A model generated the notes under the pieces. It made no database searches. It was not told where the DNA came from and saw only the letters and a program-made list of their open reading frames with translations. Position numbers and translations under genes: made by a program. 64,000 nt of DNA from positions 2,176,001 to 2,240,000 of the forward strand of contig CP067995.1 of the NCBI GenBank assembly GCA_045159875.1. The letters run 5' to 3'. The number at the start of each line of letters is the position of its first letter. The first letter of the stretch is position 1. Below are positions 22,254-34,169 of this stretch, piece by piece. The DNA is from a cyanobacterium endosymbiont of Rhopalodia gibba. GTDB lineage: Bacteria > Cyanobacteriota > Cyanobacteriia > Cyanobacteriales > Microcystaceae.

Positions 22254-24239
22254 TTATTTAGTTAAACGAGTTAATATCTGATTAGAGCGTTCTACAAAGG
22301 ATTTCATCCCCTGCGAACCTAATCCTCGTTGCGCTATTACAGCTAAGTCATAAACGTGTTGACAAAGCATTTTAGCAATCTCTCCAGAGGGAGATTCACC
22401 TGTACCTTGAATAATACTAGATTGACTTAATTGATAAATATTTTCAATCAACGGATGATTAATATTTATCACTAAAACGTGCTCTTCTGGAAATTCTACA
22501 GCTTGTTTTTGCATCATGGCCGTCATTTCATGTAAACGTCGCATTGCTTCAGGTAATAGAACCATCACAGGAGGAGTACTTTCAGGAGTATTAGATTTTA
22601 ACGCCTCAGTGCGAATATTTACCTTGGGTTTATTGAGTGCTTTCTCGAAAATTTCTTTAATTTGTTCACTTCGAGTTTTATTTGTAGTCGGATTAACAAT
22701 CTCTTTGTTTTCATCCTCCTGTAACAGGGTTTTATCTAACTCCGCATCCACACGGGAGAATTGAACCTCAGAATATTCTCGTTCTAAAAAAGGGATAAAG
22801 TAATTAGTATCAATGAAAGAGTCCATAAATAGTACTTCTATTCCCTGATTTTTATAGAGTTCTACATAGGTTGTTTGGATAGTTTGATCAGTACAATAAA
22901 ATACTCTATTTTCATGATTTTTTTTGTTTCTTTCTAAATAAGCCTCCAAAGTAGTAAATCCTAATTTTTCATAGGTTGATTGTAAATTTTTTTCATCTTT
23001 GTTTTGCCAAATATCTTCCTTGGCTTCCACTTTGATTTTTTCTGTTTCACCCTTAGTTTTAGTTGATGTATCAGTGGGCTTATAAGTGGTACGATAGATG
23101 AGTATATCTTCTACTTGTTTCTTGAATTTATCTTCTTTGATGGAACCATATTTAACAAATGTTCCTACATCTTCCCAACAACGAATGTATTCTTCTGGGG
23201 TTTCCTCCGAAAGTGATTTCAGACGATCAGCAATTTTTTTAGAAATATGACTAGCGATACCCCGAACAGTTCGATGATTAGTCAATGCACTACGAGAAAC
23301 ATTTAAAGGAATATCAGGACTGTCGATCACCCCTCGTAATGGCATTAAAAATTCAGGGATAACCTCTTCACAATGGTCACTGACAAAAACTTGATTACAG
23401 AAGAGTTTAATAGACCCTTTTGAGACATCTACATCGGGACGAAGTTTAGGAAAATAGAGAATTCCAGTCACCAAAAAAGGGTAGTCAGTATTCAGATGTA
23501 TCCAAAGTAGAGGATCTTCTTGGAAAGGATAGAGATAACGATAAAATTCTAAGTAATCTTCTTTAGTTAAATTCTGAGCTGGTTCCTTCCACAAAGATCG
23601 TTGCTTATTAACAATCTCTCCTTCAAATTTGATGGGAACTGATAAAAAGTCAGAATAAGTTTTAATCAACTGACGAATACGAGAAGGTTCAAGATATTCT
23701 TGCTCCTCATCCATTAAAGTTAAGATAATAGTTGTTCCAATTTCAGTCCGAGAAGAGTCTGTTAATTCAAATTTAGGAGAACCATCACAAGACCAATGTA
23801 CTGCTTGGGAATCTTTTTTGTAAGAAAGAGTATCAATTTCAACTTTTTTAGCAACCATGAAAGCAGAATAAAAACCCAAACCAAAATGACCGATTAAATC
23901 ATTGGTATCTTTCTGGTACTTATGAATGAATTCTTCCGCGCTAGAGAACGCAACTTGATTGATATATTTCTTGATTTCATCAGCTGTCATGCCAATGCCA
24001 TTATCAGAAATAGACAGAGTTTTGTCATTTTGATTGATCGAAAGAATAATTTCAGGCTCAGGAACTTCCCCCTTCATTTCTCCAGCAAATACAGCCATTT
24101 TTAGTTTAGAAATGGCATCAACAGAATTAGAAATTAACTCCCGCAAAAAGATTTCGTGATCAGTATAGAGGGATTTCTTAATAATGGGAAAAATATTCTC
24201 AGTATGAATGGTAATATTGCCTTTTTCAAGTACTGTCAT
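22254..24239 (-). CDS. htpG: molecular chaperone HtpG (Hsp90)
   Basis: EIFLRELISN, DNGIGM, IGHFGLGFYSAF and DSPDIPLNVSRS motifs. Confidence 0.98.
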   Translation of the reverse strand: MTVLEKGNITIHTENIFPIIKKSLYTDHEIFLRELISNSVDAISKLKMAVFAGEMKGEVPEPEIILSINQNDKTLSISDNGIGMTADEIKKYINQVAFSSAEEFIHKYQKDTNDLIGHFGLGFYSAFMVAKKVEIDTLSYKKDSQAVHWSCDGSPKFELTDSSRTEIGTTIILTLMDEEQEYLEPSRIRQLIKTYSDFLSVPIKFEGEIVNKQRSLWKEPAQNLTKEDYLEFYRYLYPFQEDPLLWIHLNTDYPFLVTGILYFPKLRPDVDVSKGSIKLFCNQVFVSDHCEEVIPEFLMPLRGVIDSPDIPLNVSRSALTNHRTVRGIASHISKKIADRLKSLSEETPEEYIRCWEDVGTFVKYGSIKEDKFKKQVEDILIYRTTYKPTDTSTKTKGETEKIKVEAKEDIWQNKDEKNLQSTYEKLGFTTLEAYLERNKKNHENRVFYCTDQTIQTTYVELYKNQGIEVLFMDSFIDTNYFIPFLEREYSEVQFSRVDAELDKTLLQEDENKEIVNPTTNKTRSEQIKEIFEKALNKPKVNIRTEALKSNTPESTPPVMVLLPEAMRRLHEMTAMMQKQAVEFPEEHVLVININHPLIENIYQLSQSSIIQGTGESPSGEIAKMLCQHVYDLAVIAQRGLGSQGMKSFVERSNQILTRLTK

Positions 24240-24672
24240 AGCTTCTTAATCTAGAAAGGGTTTACATATCCTAAATAGTAATTGTGCCTGATTATAGGTT
24301 AATGTTTACTCAGGGATTGTCCCCCTAAACAGATGTGGATTTCCGTACACTTATGATTTACAATCAGGCCTCCTCGAATAAAATTGCTAAAATTGACTGT
24401 ACTGTCGAGGAACAGATTTGACTAGAGACGCGTCAGTTCTCAATAGTAGTTAGTAAAGGTTTAGGAACAAACGCTTTAGTTTTACTCAATTTGGCAAAAT
24501 GCTGTTGCGATTTTAGAGAAGATGTTATCCCTCGCTTAAAAGGTTATCTACAAATTCTACTTACTCTTCAATCATTCATCTTTTAAGTTCTCTCAGAGTT
24601 TCCTCTAAATTTACTTGACTTCACCAGTAATTTTTCTTACTTAATCTACATAGCACTGCTACAATCCTTAAA

Positions 24673-25707
24673 ATGCCTCCTAATGGCAATGAAAAGGCAA
24701 CTCTTATCCTACTTTTATCTGAAACTAACACCGAAATGGCATTCATGACCAGTCCCCGCAAAACACCTGCCACTGGCTGTTTAAATAAACTTATTTTTCT
24801 TACAATCCTAATTCTTGCTTCAGGAATCCTCGGATGGTTTGCGGGGAAAGTTTGGATCTCTCTGGTTGTTGGAGTTGATGAAGGGAAAAATGCTGAAGTT
24901 TTTTCAGAAACGTCAAATGAAAGTAATGTTTCTAACATTAACAATGAGGAGTTACAACGCAAAAATAAATTACGTAGTCGTCGTCGGAGTTTAGGATTAA
25001 ATTCCAGCTTGTTTGTTACCTTAGTCGATGAATATTTTAGTGAGCAATATCCTAGCCAAAAAGGTCGTCATTTGAGTAATGATTCTGAAGATTATTCTTG
25101 GCAAAAAAAGTGGGACCAAACAGCAGCTTATTTACTTGATATTTTGGCATCTTTGAGTCCTGAGGCAGTTCAAAGGATGGGGACTTATACTCAAAGTGAC
25201 CGACATCACTGGAAACAACAGGTTAATAATTTACATTTAAGTAGTCGTGCTCTTTATGATTTAGTTAATGCTCGCTTTTTTCAGGTATTTCCTGAGCAAA
25301 AAAATACATCTTTTATTGATAAAGCTATCGGTCAAATTTGGAATAGTATGATGTTCGATACTTTACAAGCTTTGCAATCTAGTTCAATTTATGAAAAACT
25401 TTCTTTTACGACTGTAGAATCTAACGTCATTCGACGAGAGGCAACCATAAAACCAGGAGAAGGAAGAACATATGTTCTTTTCTTAGAAGCTTCTGATCAG
25501 ATGAAGTTTGACTTAAAAGCCAATCGAGATATTTTATTATCTATTTATTCTCCAACGGGCGATAATAACTTAATCGAAAATTCTCAACAACATCAATGGT
25601 CTGGGATACTTCCTGAAACAGGATATTATGAAATAATAATAGTCTCTCCTTCTAAGAAAACAGTTAACTATCAATTTAAAATTTTAGTTGATAAGAGTAA
25701 TTTATGA
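24673..25707 (+). CDS. membrane-anchored protein resembling the C-terminal (TM plus extracytoplasmic) part of a cyanobacterial Ser/Thr kinase; kinase domain missing
   Basis: TM helix ..LASGILGWFAGK; ELQRKNKLRSRRRSLG..F..LVDEYF..QYP..; C-terminal PPC-like SIYSP..WSGILPETGYYEIII; kinase-like scraps upstream. Confidence 0.6.
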   Translation: MPPNGNEKATLILLLSETNTEMAFMTSPRKTPATGCLNKLIFLTILILASGILGWFAGKVWISLVVGVDEGKNAEVFSETSNESNVSNINNEELQRKNKLRSRRRSLGLNSSLFVTLVDEYFSEQYPSQKGRHLSNDSEDYSWQKKWDQTAAYLLDILASLSPEAVQRMGTYTQSDRHHWKQQVNNLHLSSRALYDLVNARFFQVFPEQKNTSFIDKAIGQIWNSMMFDTLQALQSSSIYEKLSFTTVESNVIRREATIKPGEGRTYVLFLEASDQMKFDLKANRDILLSIYSPTGDNNLIENSQQHQWSGILPETGYYEIIIVSPSKKTVNYQFKILVDKSNL

Positions 25708-26369
25708 TTCTACAATTATTTTATATTTATTAAATATATAAATTTTATTAAAAATAAAACAATGTGGAAAGTATAATCTCTTTAACTATCTTTATTGCAA
25801 AGTTTTGGTATTAATTTAACATTATTCACAATATATGTTCAGTTCTTTTGGGAAAAGACAACAAGAAAAAAATTACGATGTACAACGATAAAAATTAAGT
25901 CTAAATTCTAAGTAGTTAGAACTATTGCATTCTCTCTCCGCAATCAGTAAGTTTAAAACTTTTACTCCTTGCCAATAAGTGTTGATCGTACATTTGATAA
26001 AATTTAAAAATACTATTATTATTCTCAATGACTAACTTAAAATTAAATAATTTTGATAGTTTTATAAAATATAAACTTCTAATAATCAAGACTACAATAG
26101 TTGTTTTAAAAGAGCAATAAGTTAAAACTAGCTTGTCTTTTGATCCTAGATATAAAGAAACTTTTTAGGTTAAATCTGTATAGGCAATTAGTCTATATTT
26201 TGAATGTTAAATTCGAGATGTATTTTATTTTTTTTGTCAATAGTTTTAATTGGCAAACACTTATAAAATAGAATTTTCTTGATGATTTTCACTGACTTTT
26301 ATTTTATCTTCTGTTAAGAATAGGTAATTAATTAAAGTCCTTATTGATAGAAAATTTTAAAAAGTTCTT

Positions 26370-27187
26370 GATCAATATTCCCTCGGTATCCAAACTATTT
26401 ACAAATTAAACCTTGTGTTAACTCACAAATAAGTTTATGGTCATCTGTGTTACCTAGAGTCAACTTAAAAACTAATAATTTACCACTGTCGTTTATAATC
26501 AAATTATTAAAAAATTAACAGTTAAACTTTATTTAAATTTCTATACTGTAATCATCTGTCTAAAATATTTGATGGTTTATCTAATGGACAGAAGTCAGGT
26601 TTCATGATGGCAATGACTAAAAATAGACTATTTCCAACTCAGGAAGGAGAATAACAGTTAGTTAAAACTCTATAGAGATAGGATAATAGGGCAATTGTTT
26701 ATTTAAAAGACTTTGGAAAAGTCAGAGTGTTAAAAAAACAGTTCTACAACAATATTATTCGGTTTTATTATATTCGAAAAATTAAGACATAAACGAAGTT
26801 ATTAAAAACATATTTATTCAAGTAAAAACAACTAGCTAAGTTGTTGAATGTCATCACTAGGTCATTAAACAAGTAAACTTTTAATAATAAAATACGAGGT
26901 AATATTTACTCACTTTTTTAGTGGTTTACAAGTTTTAATCTAGTTAAAATTAATGCCAGTTAAAAAGTTAACTGATAATACTGATAATTAGGATCAGATT
27001 TAAAAATAATTATCTATTAAAGATTATTTAAATTATATTAAAGAGCATTTTTACTAAACCTTAGCTTCCTTATTATTTAAAATATTTAAATATTGTTGAA
27101 TAATTATAAGTTAGTTCAATATATAATGAGCGATTTATTTATTTCAGATAATTTATATTTTACGTAATTTGTCAATATGTAACTCCT
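26370..27187 (+). mobile_element. heavily decayed IS701-family transposase remnant
   Basis: SGFMMAMTKNRL..IVYLKDFGKVRV, VECHH*VIKQV and FTHFFSGLQVLI; TTGTCAATATGTAACTCCT resembles the family's terminal repeat. Confidence 0.65.
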
Positions 27188-28181
27188 ACTCTATACTAAT
27201 CTTAGTCAATGCTTTCTCAATAACTTTAACATCTGCCCCAGGTAAGTGAGTATTCTCACTAATATATCGTTTCCAAGCTTTTGTCCCTGGAACACCTCCA
27301 AAAATAGTTAGTAAATGACGACTAATACTATGAAGTTTTAGTCCATTATTACTCCAATAATCAATATAAGGAAACATTCTTTCAATAACTTCATGACGTG
27401 TTAACGGGGTAACTGTTTTGCCATAAATATCTCGATCTACTGTAGCAAATAAATAAGGATTATCATATGCTGCTCGACCAATCATAACTCCATCTACAAA
27501 TCGTAAATGTTGTTTTATTTTTTCTAGAGTAATAATTCCCCCATTAATCTGGATAAAAAGCTGAGGAAACTGTTCCTTTAGGCGATAAACATTATCATAC
27601 CTTAAGGGAGGAAGGGTGCGATTTTCCTTGGGACTTAATCCTTTTAACCAAGCTTTGCGAGCGTGTACTATAAACCGTTGACATCCTGCTTCTGAAACGA
27701 TACGAACAAAGTTAGCGAGATCTTCATAGCGATCACATTCATCAATTCCAATACGATGCTTCACCGTTACGGGAATATGAACCCGTTTTTGCATTGCTTC
27801 AACACAGTCTGCTACTAATCCTGGTTGTGCCATCAAACAAGCCCCAAAGTTACCACTTTGGACACGATTGCTCGGACAACCTACATTTAAGTTAACTTCA
27901 TCGTATCCTAAATCTTCAGCAATAACTGTACATTCTGCTAATTCTTGCGGACTGTCTCCTCCTAATTGCAAAGAGAGAGGCTTTTCTTCTGGTGAGAAAT
28001 CTAGTAACTTAGAGCGATCACCGTAGTGAATGGCCGCTGTTGTAATCATCTCCGTATAGAGTAGGGTATAACGAGTCATCTGACGTATAAAATAACGGAA
28101 GTGGCGATCAGTGAGATCCATCATCGGTGCTATACTGAGTGGGTATCCTGAAGGCTTCTGATTTATAGAATTAAAAGTCAT
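27186..28181 (-). CDS. dusA: tRNA-dihydrouridine(20/20a) synthase
   Basis: SIAPMMDLTDRHFR, NLNVGCPS and VHARKAWLKGLSPKENR motifs. Confidence 0.96.
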   Translation of the reverse strand: MTFNSINQKPSGYPLSIAPMMDLTDRHFRYFIRQMTRYTLLYTEMITTAAIHYGDRSKLLDFSPEEKPLSLQLGGDSPQELAECTVIAEDLGYDEVNLNVGCPSNRVQSGNFGACLMAQPGLVADCVEAMQKRVHIPVTVKHRIGIDECDRYEDLANFVRIVSEAGCQRFIVHARKAWLKGLSPKENRTLPPLRYDNVYRLKEQFPQLFIQINGGIITLEKIKQHLRFVDGVMIGRAAYDNPYLFATVDRDIYGKTVTPLTRHEVIERMFPYIDYWSNNGLKLHSISRHLLTIFGGVPGTKAWKRYISENTHLPGADVKVIEKALTKISIE

Positions 28182-29289
28182 TGGACTAGTCTATTTTCTG
28201 TTCTTGGGTATCTACTGTTGAGTTTGAAATTTTTTGAGAAAACTAATTGGTCACTTTAGTATTGCTTTCTTATTTTAGACGTTTTACTGTTCGCTCTAAT
28301 AAAGTAACTAGTAATTTACTTTTAAATAAAAAACATTTTAAAAAAAACACAACTTATCCAAATTAATCCAACAGTTTGTCCTAGTGTATATGTGGGTTGA
28401 TTTTCTCCCAAATAAACTATCTTAGTTGGACTTCAAATTGATTTGACTCGTAAAAAGATATAGTCCATATTTGTTTTTTCTAAAAAATAGAAATAATCTC
28501 CATTTTTTCGATATCAGATTTTTTTAAGACCAAAATATAATATTATTGTTTTTTGAAACTTTTATTATAGGTTATACAATAATTTTAAGTAGAAGCTTTC
28601 TATCCTAATAGAGAACAAAGAATAGGAGAATATGTGTTGTTCATAAAATTAAGTAAGTTATGATTACAGGCTAGAAATTCAATATTGCTTATAATTATCC
28701 TATTATACTTTAATTAACTGCAAAATTTATTCTTTTGGCTACTTTAGTAATAAACTTAAACTGTTGATATAAAAAAATATTTCAAGCTTGACAAAATTAG
28801 TAGGATAGAAAGATAAAATTTTTTAATATTTATTAATAAAGTTTATAGAAAACTTAATTTTTTTTCCATAAAACTAATTATTAGTTCTATCATTCTAAGT
28901 GGGAAAATGGAGAGTTTATTGACATTACAGTATTTGATAAACTAAGAAAAAATTGGTGTAAAAACGGTTAATTTTCAATAAAAATGCTTTAATAGAAGGA
29001 TTATACATCCATTATTTAATGATAGTAAGTTTTAAAGAAAAAAATAATTGTAAGAATTTATAAAAACAAGGAAATTTGAAGAGATAGTAAAACGGTCAAG
29101 ATATATAGGGGGAAGGAATTTTTATTATAAATGAAAATGTTTCTATTAATTTCTATTAAGTATAGAGATGATAATACAAATATACGGAAGTTTTGTAATA
29201 TTATTGTAAATAATTTAACACTACAAAAAGGACTGCCATTGCATTGTAAAGCCATTCATTTAAAGAGGCGGAGCTTCTTTAAATGATTA

Positions 29290-29559
29290 ATTAGGACAGA
29301 AGTGAAAACCGATGGCGTTAAAGGAAGAAATAATAGCATCAAAAACGATATTGTTTCAATAGAGAAGTGAACCAGCTACAGGCTGACAAATCTCGTCAGA
29401 ATCTACTGGAAGAGCTGCGACGGAGTGACAGCAGTTAAAAGAGTAGGAGGTCATTGAAACACCGAGATAACCTAAATAAAGGAGGTTTTTAGTGCTGTTG
29501 GTTCATTAGCAAAACTGTTTTGTTGTCTCAGTGGGATTGATACTTAAGACTGCGATCAC
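29290..29559 (-). pseudogene. psbA: photosystem II D1 protein, N-terminal fragment
   Basis: KQFC**TNSTKNLLYLGYLGVSM / PTLLTAVT / [41 protein letters not shown] versus D1 [69 protein letters not shown]. Confidence 0.9.
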
Positions 29560-29759
29560 CGCATAAATAAGGCTTGAGCAGATAATCTTGACAACACAAA
29601 AGCTATTAAATTTAGAACTCTCTGCGGTTGAATAAATTCTACTCAAAGGTTGATTTTTATAGGCACTTGCTTGTAAGATATACGGTTGTGGCTAAAAAGC
29701 ATTAATGACTATTGCCACGGCTGATAGCCGACACCTTATCTGATAAGGTATCGTGAGAG

Positions 29760-29980
29760 CATCCAGCAGCTTAGTGTTGTTATGCCGCCTTAAAGATACT
29801 GAGGAATAAAAACTATCCTTAAGTCTTGAGGACAAAACGGCACCTTAACCAGGTATATTTGACTGGTTAAACGTATAATCAAGCATCTTCTTGATATACC
29901 GAATCTAAAATGTCACCCAAGGACAGAGGAGCGCAAAGATATTCTCTCGCGCCTTCAACTTTGGCTGATCGCTGCTAACC
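29760..29980 (+). promoter_or_regulatory. long structured 5' leader of the rplC operon (candidate r-leader)
   Basis: nested stems AGCAGC/GCTGCT, TGCCG/CGGCA, TTAACCAG/CTGGTTAA and ATCAAG/CTTGAT; higher GC than other spacers. Confidence 0.4.
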
Positions 29981-30015
29981 TATTGTCTAAAATAATAATG
30001 TAGAGGGAAAAATCC

Positions 30016-30654
30016 GTGGCTGTTGGTATCCTCGGAACTAAGCTCGGCATGACCCAAATCTTCGACCAGGAGACGGGACTCGCGATTCCCGTCACTGTGG
30101 TTCAAGCAGGTCCATGTACCGTAACACAAATTAAAACATCTGAAACAGATGGATATACTGCCATCCAGGTTGGATATGGCGAAGTTAAAGAAAAAGCTCT
30201 AACCAAAGCTGAATTAGGGCATTTGAAAAAAAATGACGTACCGCCCTTGCGTCATTTAAAAGAATATCGGCTAGATACTCCCAATCAATATCAATTGGGA
30301 GATGCCATAAAAGCAGATATATTCAACACAGGTGATTTAGTCGATATCGCCGGAAAAAGTATAGGTCGTGGGTTTGCTGGGTATCAAAAACGTCATAACT
30401 TTAAACGGGGAAATATGACCCACGGGTCAAAAAGCCATCGTCTTCCAGGATCCACTGGAGCCGGAACTACTCCAGGAAGAGTTTATCCGGGGAAACGTAT
30501 GGCAGGTCAATATGGTGCAACCCGAGTCACCATCCGCAGGCTTCAAGTAGTGCAAGTCTATGGAGAACGAAACCTAATACTTGTTAAAGGAGCAATTCCG
30601 GGTAAGTCTGGGGCTTTACTTGATATTACTCCCGCTAAAAAAGTCGGTAAATAA
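30016..30654 (+). CDS. rplC: 50S ribosomal protein L3
   Basis: [24 protein letters not shown]. Confidence 0.98.
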   Translation: MAVGILGTKLGMTQIFDQETGLAIPVTVVQAGPCTVTQIKTSETDGYTAIQVGYGEVKEKALTKAELGHLKKNDVPPLRHLKEYRLDTPNQYQLGDAIKADIFNTGDLVDIAGKSIGRGFAGYQKRHNFKRGNMTHGSKSHRLPGSTGAGTTPGRVYPGKRMAGQYGATRVTIRRLQVVQVYGERNLILVKGAIPGKSGALLDITPAKKVGK

Positions 30655-30693
30655 TCGTGTGTAACAATGACGACTGATAACTGAGAGCTAAAA

Positions 30694-31326
30694 ATGGTTG
30701 ATTGTATCATTAAAAACTGGCAAGGAGAAGAAGTCGGTCAAGCTACCTTGGAGTTAAAAGTGGCTAAAGAAGAAAACGCCGCTCACATAGTCCATCGTGC
30801 TTTAGTACGACAACGTACCAATGTCCGTCAAGGGACTGCTTCAAGTAAAACTCGTGCTGAAGTTAGAGGTGGCGGACGTAAACCCTGGCGACAAAAAGGG
30901 ACTGGACGAGCTAGGGCCGGATCTAATCGTTCTCCATTATGGCGAGGCGGAGGGGTTATTTTTGGACCCAAACCTAGGGACTTTAACGTCAAGATGAACC
31001 GCAAAGAGCGTCGTTTAGCCTTGAGAACCGCCTTACAAAGCCGTGCTGAAGACCTAGTGATTGTAGAAAACTTTGCCGCTAAATTTTCTCAACCCAAAAC
31101 TAAAGAATTAGTTTCGGCTTTGAGCCGTTGGGGAATAAAACAGGGTAAACAGGTCATTTTGATCTTGTCAGATATTTCCAATGACGTCTACTTATCGGCC
31201 CGTAACATTTCCTATCTAAAACTGTTAAAAGCTGATAGTTTAAATGTTTATGATTTGTTAGCAGCCGAAAAAATTGTCACCACCCCAGAAGCTTTAAGCA
31301 AAATACAGGAGGTTTACAGTGACTAA
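30694..31326 (+). CDS. rplD: 50S ribosomal protein L4
   Basis: [26 protein letters not shown]. Confidence 0.98.
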   Translation: MVDCIIKNWQGEEVGQATLELKVAKEENAAHIVHRALVRQRTNVRQGTASSKTRAEVRGGGRKPWRQKGTGRARAGSNRSPLWRGGGVIFGPKPRDFNVKMNRKERRLALRTALQSRAEDLVIVENFAAKFSQPKTKELVSALSRWGIKQGKQVILILSDISNDVYLSARNISYLKLLKADSLNVYDLLAAEKIVTTPEALSKIQEVYSD

Positions 31327-31621
31327 ATATGACCACCGCAATTTAGCTGATTTAATCCTCAAGCCGATTGTTACTGAAAAAGCAACCTTACTTTTAGAAG
31401 ATAATAAATATGTCTTTGAAGTTGCTCTTAGATCAAATAAGTCCCAAATCAAGGCTGCTATTGAGAGCTTATTTGAGGTCAGCGTATTGAAGGTTAACAC
31501 GGCTCGCCCCCCACGCAAAAAAAAGAAAGTGGGCAAGTTTGTTGGATATAAGCCTTTATATAAACGGGCGATCGTAACCTTACAAGAAGGGGACTCCATT
31601 GTCTTGTTCCCTGATGTCTAA
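31319..31621 (+). CDS. rplW: 50S ribosomal protein L23
   Basis: [16 protein letters not shown]; operon position. Confidence 0.97.
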   Translation: MTKYDHRNLADLILKPIVTEKATLLLEDNKYVFEVALRSNKSQIKAAIESLFEVSVLKVNTARPPRKKKKVGKFVGYKPLYKRAIVTLQEGDSIVLFPDV

Positions 31622-31712
31622 AGAACTAGTCAATATGAAGGTATGGAGGAAGGCATCTGATAAACCCAAATATTTACTATCAACCGCTAACGATTAACTA
31701 TTAACTATTATC

Positions 31713-32543
31713 ATGGGTATTCGTTCTTATCGGCCTTGCACTCCAGGAACTAGACAAGCGTCTGTCTCAGATTTCTCAGAAATCACCAAAGGTAAGCCGG
31801 AAAAATCATTAACCACATCCAAGCACAATCCTAAGGGGCGTAATAACCGAGGGGTGATTACCAGTCGTCATCGTGGAGGTGGACACAAACGTTGTTATCG
31901 ATTAGTCGATTTTCGACGCGATAAGCACAATATTCCGGCAAAAATTGCCGCTATTGAATACGATCCTAACCGGAATGCCCGTCTTGCTCTTTTATTCTAC
32001 CGAGACGGAGAGAAAAGATACATCTTAGCACCGGACGGCATCGCTGTTGGAACCATAGTAGTGTCCGGGGAAAATGCCTCCTTTGAAGTCGGCAATGCCC
32101 TACCTCTGATTAGAATTCCTCTAGGAACCGAAGTTCATAATATTGAACTAGTACCAGGGAAAGGAGGACAAATAGTACGTGCTGCTGGAGGAGCAGCTCA
32201 AGTGGTGGCTAAAGAAGGGGACTACGTCACCTTAAGATTGCCTTCAAAAGAAGTCCGCATGGTTCGTAAAGAATGTTACGCCACCATTGGTAAAGTAGGC
32301 AATATCGAAGCCAGAAACCTCAAGCTTGGAAAAGCCGGACGAACTCGTCATCTCGGACAGCGGCCTCACGTTAGAGGAAGTGTCATGAACCCGGTAGATC
32401 ATCCCCACGGTGGTGGAGAAGGACGCGCCCCCATTGGTCGTAGTGGACCAATGACACCCTGGGGTAAGCCTGCATTAGGGGCCAAAACCCGCAATAAGAA
32501 AAAACAGAGTTCCAAACTAATTGTGCGTCGTCGCACGAAATAA
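31713..32543 (+). CDS. rplB: 50S ribosomal protein L2
   Basis: [27 protein letters not shown]. Confidence 0.99.
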   Translation: MGIRSYRPCTPGTRQASVSDFSEITKGKPEKSLTTSKHNPKGRNNRGVITSRHRGGGHKRCYRLVDFRRDKHNIPAKIAAIEYDPNRNARLALLFYRDGEKRYILAPDGIAVGTIVVSGENASFEVGNALPLIRIPLGTEVHNIELVPGKGGQIVRAAGGAAQVVAKEGDYVTLRLPSKEVRMVRKECYATIGKVGNIEARNLKLGKAGRTRHLGQRPHVRGSVMNPVDHPHGGGEGRAPIGRSGPMTPWGKPALGAKTRNKKKQSSKLIVRRRTK

Positions 32544-32606
32544 TTTGCCTGAAAAATGCAATTCCTTTAGGAAATTAATCACTAAATTTTTACCATTGAA
32601 CTGTTT

Positions 32607-32888
32607 ATGGGTCGCTCTCTCAAAAAAGGTCCGTTTGTTGCCGATAGTCTTCTTTCTAAAATTGAGAAACTCAACGAAAAAGGAGAAAAACAGGTTATTA
32701 GAACTTGGTCAAGGGCTTCAACTATCGTTCCCCAAATGGTCGGTCATACCATTGCCGTCCACAATGGAAAACAACATGTCCCAATCTTTGTATCAGAACA
32801 GATGGTGGGGCATAAACTGGGAGAATTTGCTCCTACCCGAACCTTTAGAGGACACGCCAAAAGCGATAAAAAATCGGGTCGTCGATAA
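32607..32888 (+). CDS. rpsS: 30S ribosomal protein S19
   Basis: [22 protein letters not shown]. Confidence 0.99.
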   Translation: MGRSLKKGPFVADSLLSKIEKLNEKGEKQVIRTWSRASTIVPQMVGHTIAVHNGKQHVPIFVSEQMVGHKLGEFAPTRTFRGHAKSDKKSGRR

Positions 32889-32914
32889 CCTAACTAGTAG
32901 TCAATAGTCAAAAG

Positions 32915-32945
32915 CTATTAACTATTAACTATTAACTATTAACTA
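32915..32945 (+). repeat. heptamer tandem repeat (CTATTAA)n, STRR-like
   Basis: CTATTAA four times in tandem between rpsS and rplV. Confidence 0.85.
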
Positions 32946-32950
32946 AAAAA

Positions 32951-33313
32951 ATGACAGTTGATACGAAAGTAGAAGTAAGAGCGCTTGCTCGTTACATCCG
33001 AATGTCACCGGCAAAAGTGCGGCGGGTATTGGATCAGATTCGCGGGCGTTCCTACCGAGAAGCTCTAATTATTCTTGAATTCATGCCCTATAGAGCTTGT
33101 GAACCTATTCTCAAGGTCCTGCGTTCAGCCGCAGCTAATGCAGAACATAACCAAGGGTTAAATAGGGCGACTTTAGTAGTCAGCAAAGCCTACGCTGATG
33201 GCGGACCAAGCTTAAAACGCTACCGACCTAGAGCTCAAGGGCGAGCTTATCAAATTCGCAAACCCACCTGTCACATTACGGTTGCTGTCGCAGCCAATGT
33301 AGCAGAAGACTAA
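32951..33313 (+). CDS. rplV: 50S ribosomal protein L22
   Basis: [24 protein letters not shown]. Confidence 0.98.
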   Translation: MTVDTKVEVRALARYIRMSPAKVRRVLDQIRGRSYREALIILEFMPYRACEPILKVLRSAAANAEHNQGLNRATLVVSKAYADGGPSLKRYRPRAQGRAYQIRKPTCHITVAVAANVAED

Positions 33314-33349
33314 CGAAAACCCTTAATACTTTCCTCCTTTTACGTCAAT

Positions 33350-34075
33350 ATGGGACAAAAGATACATCCAATCGGGTTTCGTCTCGGCGTTACCAAAGAA
33401 CATCAATCCTGTTGGTACGCCGATGCCAAGCATTACCCAGAACTATTACAAGAAGATCGCCGAGTTCGCGATTATATTACTAAAAACCTTAGTAATGCCG
33501 GAATTTCTGGTATTCGTATTGAGCGCAAAGCCGATCAGATCGACCTCGCTATTCATACGGCACGACCAGGAGTTGTCGTTGGGCGAGGAGGTAGTGGTAT
33601 AGAGCAATTACGTGTTGGCTTACAACAGGAATTAGGTGGCAACCGTCAAATCCGCATCAATGTTGTAGAAGTATCACGAGTCGATGCTGACGCAGCTTTG
33701 ATTGCTGAATATATTACCCAACAGCTTGAGCGAAGAGTCTCCTTTCGTCGTGTCGTCCGTCAAGCTATTCAACGGGCACAACGAGCGGAAGTAAAAGGCA
33801 TCAAAATTCAAGTAGGAGGTCGCCTCAACGGAGCAGAAATCGCGAGGACTGAATGGGTTAGGGAAGGAAGAGTTCCTTTGCATACTCTCCGAGCCGATAT
33901 CGACTATTCCTACCGTACCGCCCAAACTATCTACGGCATATTAGGGGTTAAGGTTTGGATATTCAAAGGAGAAATCATTCCTGGTCAAGAAGAACAACCT
34001 GTTCTCACGCCTACTCAAACGCCACGTCGTCAACGTCGCCGTCAACAATTTGAAGATCGCTCAAATGAAGAGTAA
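33350..34075 (+). CDS. rpsC: 30S ribosomal protein S3
   Basis: [23 protein letters not shown]. Confidence 0.99.
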   Translation: MGQKIHPIGFRLGVTKEHQSCWYADAKHYPELLQEDRRVRDYITKNLSNAGISGIRIERKADQIDLAIHTARPGVVVGRGGSGIEQLRVGLQQELGGNRQIRINVVEVSRVDADAALIAEYITQQLERRVSFRRVVRQAIQRAQRAEVKGIKIQVGGRLNGAEIARTEWVREGRVPLHTLRADIDYSYRTAQTIYGILGVKVWIFKGEIIPGQEEQPVLTPTQTPRRQRRRQQFEDRSNEE

Positions 34076-34169
34076 GTTAACAACAGTTAAGGAAATGTGG
34101 TCGATAGTGGATTATTTAATAGTTATTAACTATTAACAACTAACTATGAACTGATAGCGGATAATTACA

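Noticed and set aside
32915..32945. Tandem repeats as a possible CRISPR array
   Set aside because: Units are 7 bp with no spacers; no repeat-spacer array or cas gene is seen anywhere in the window.
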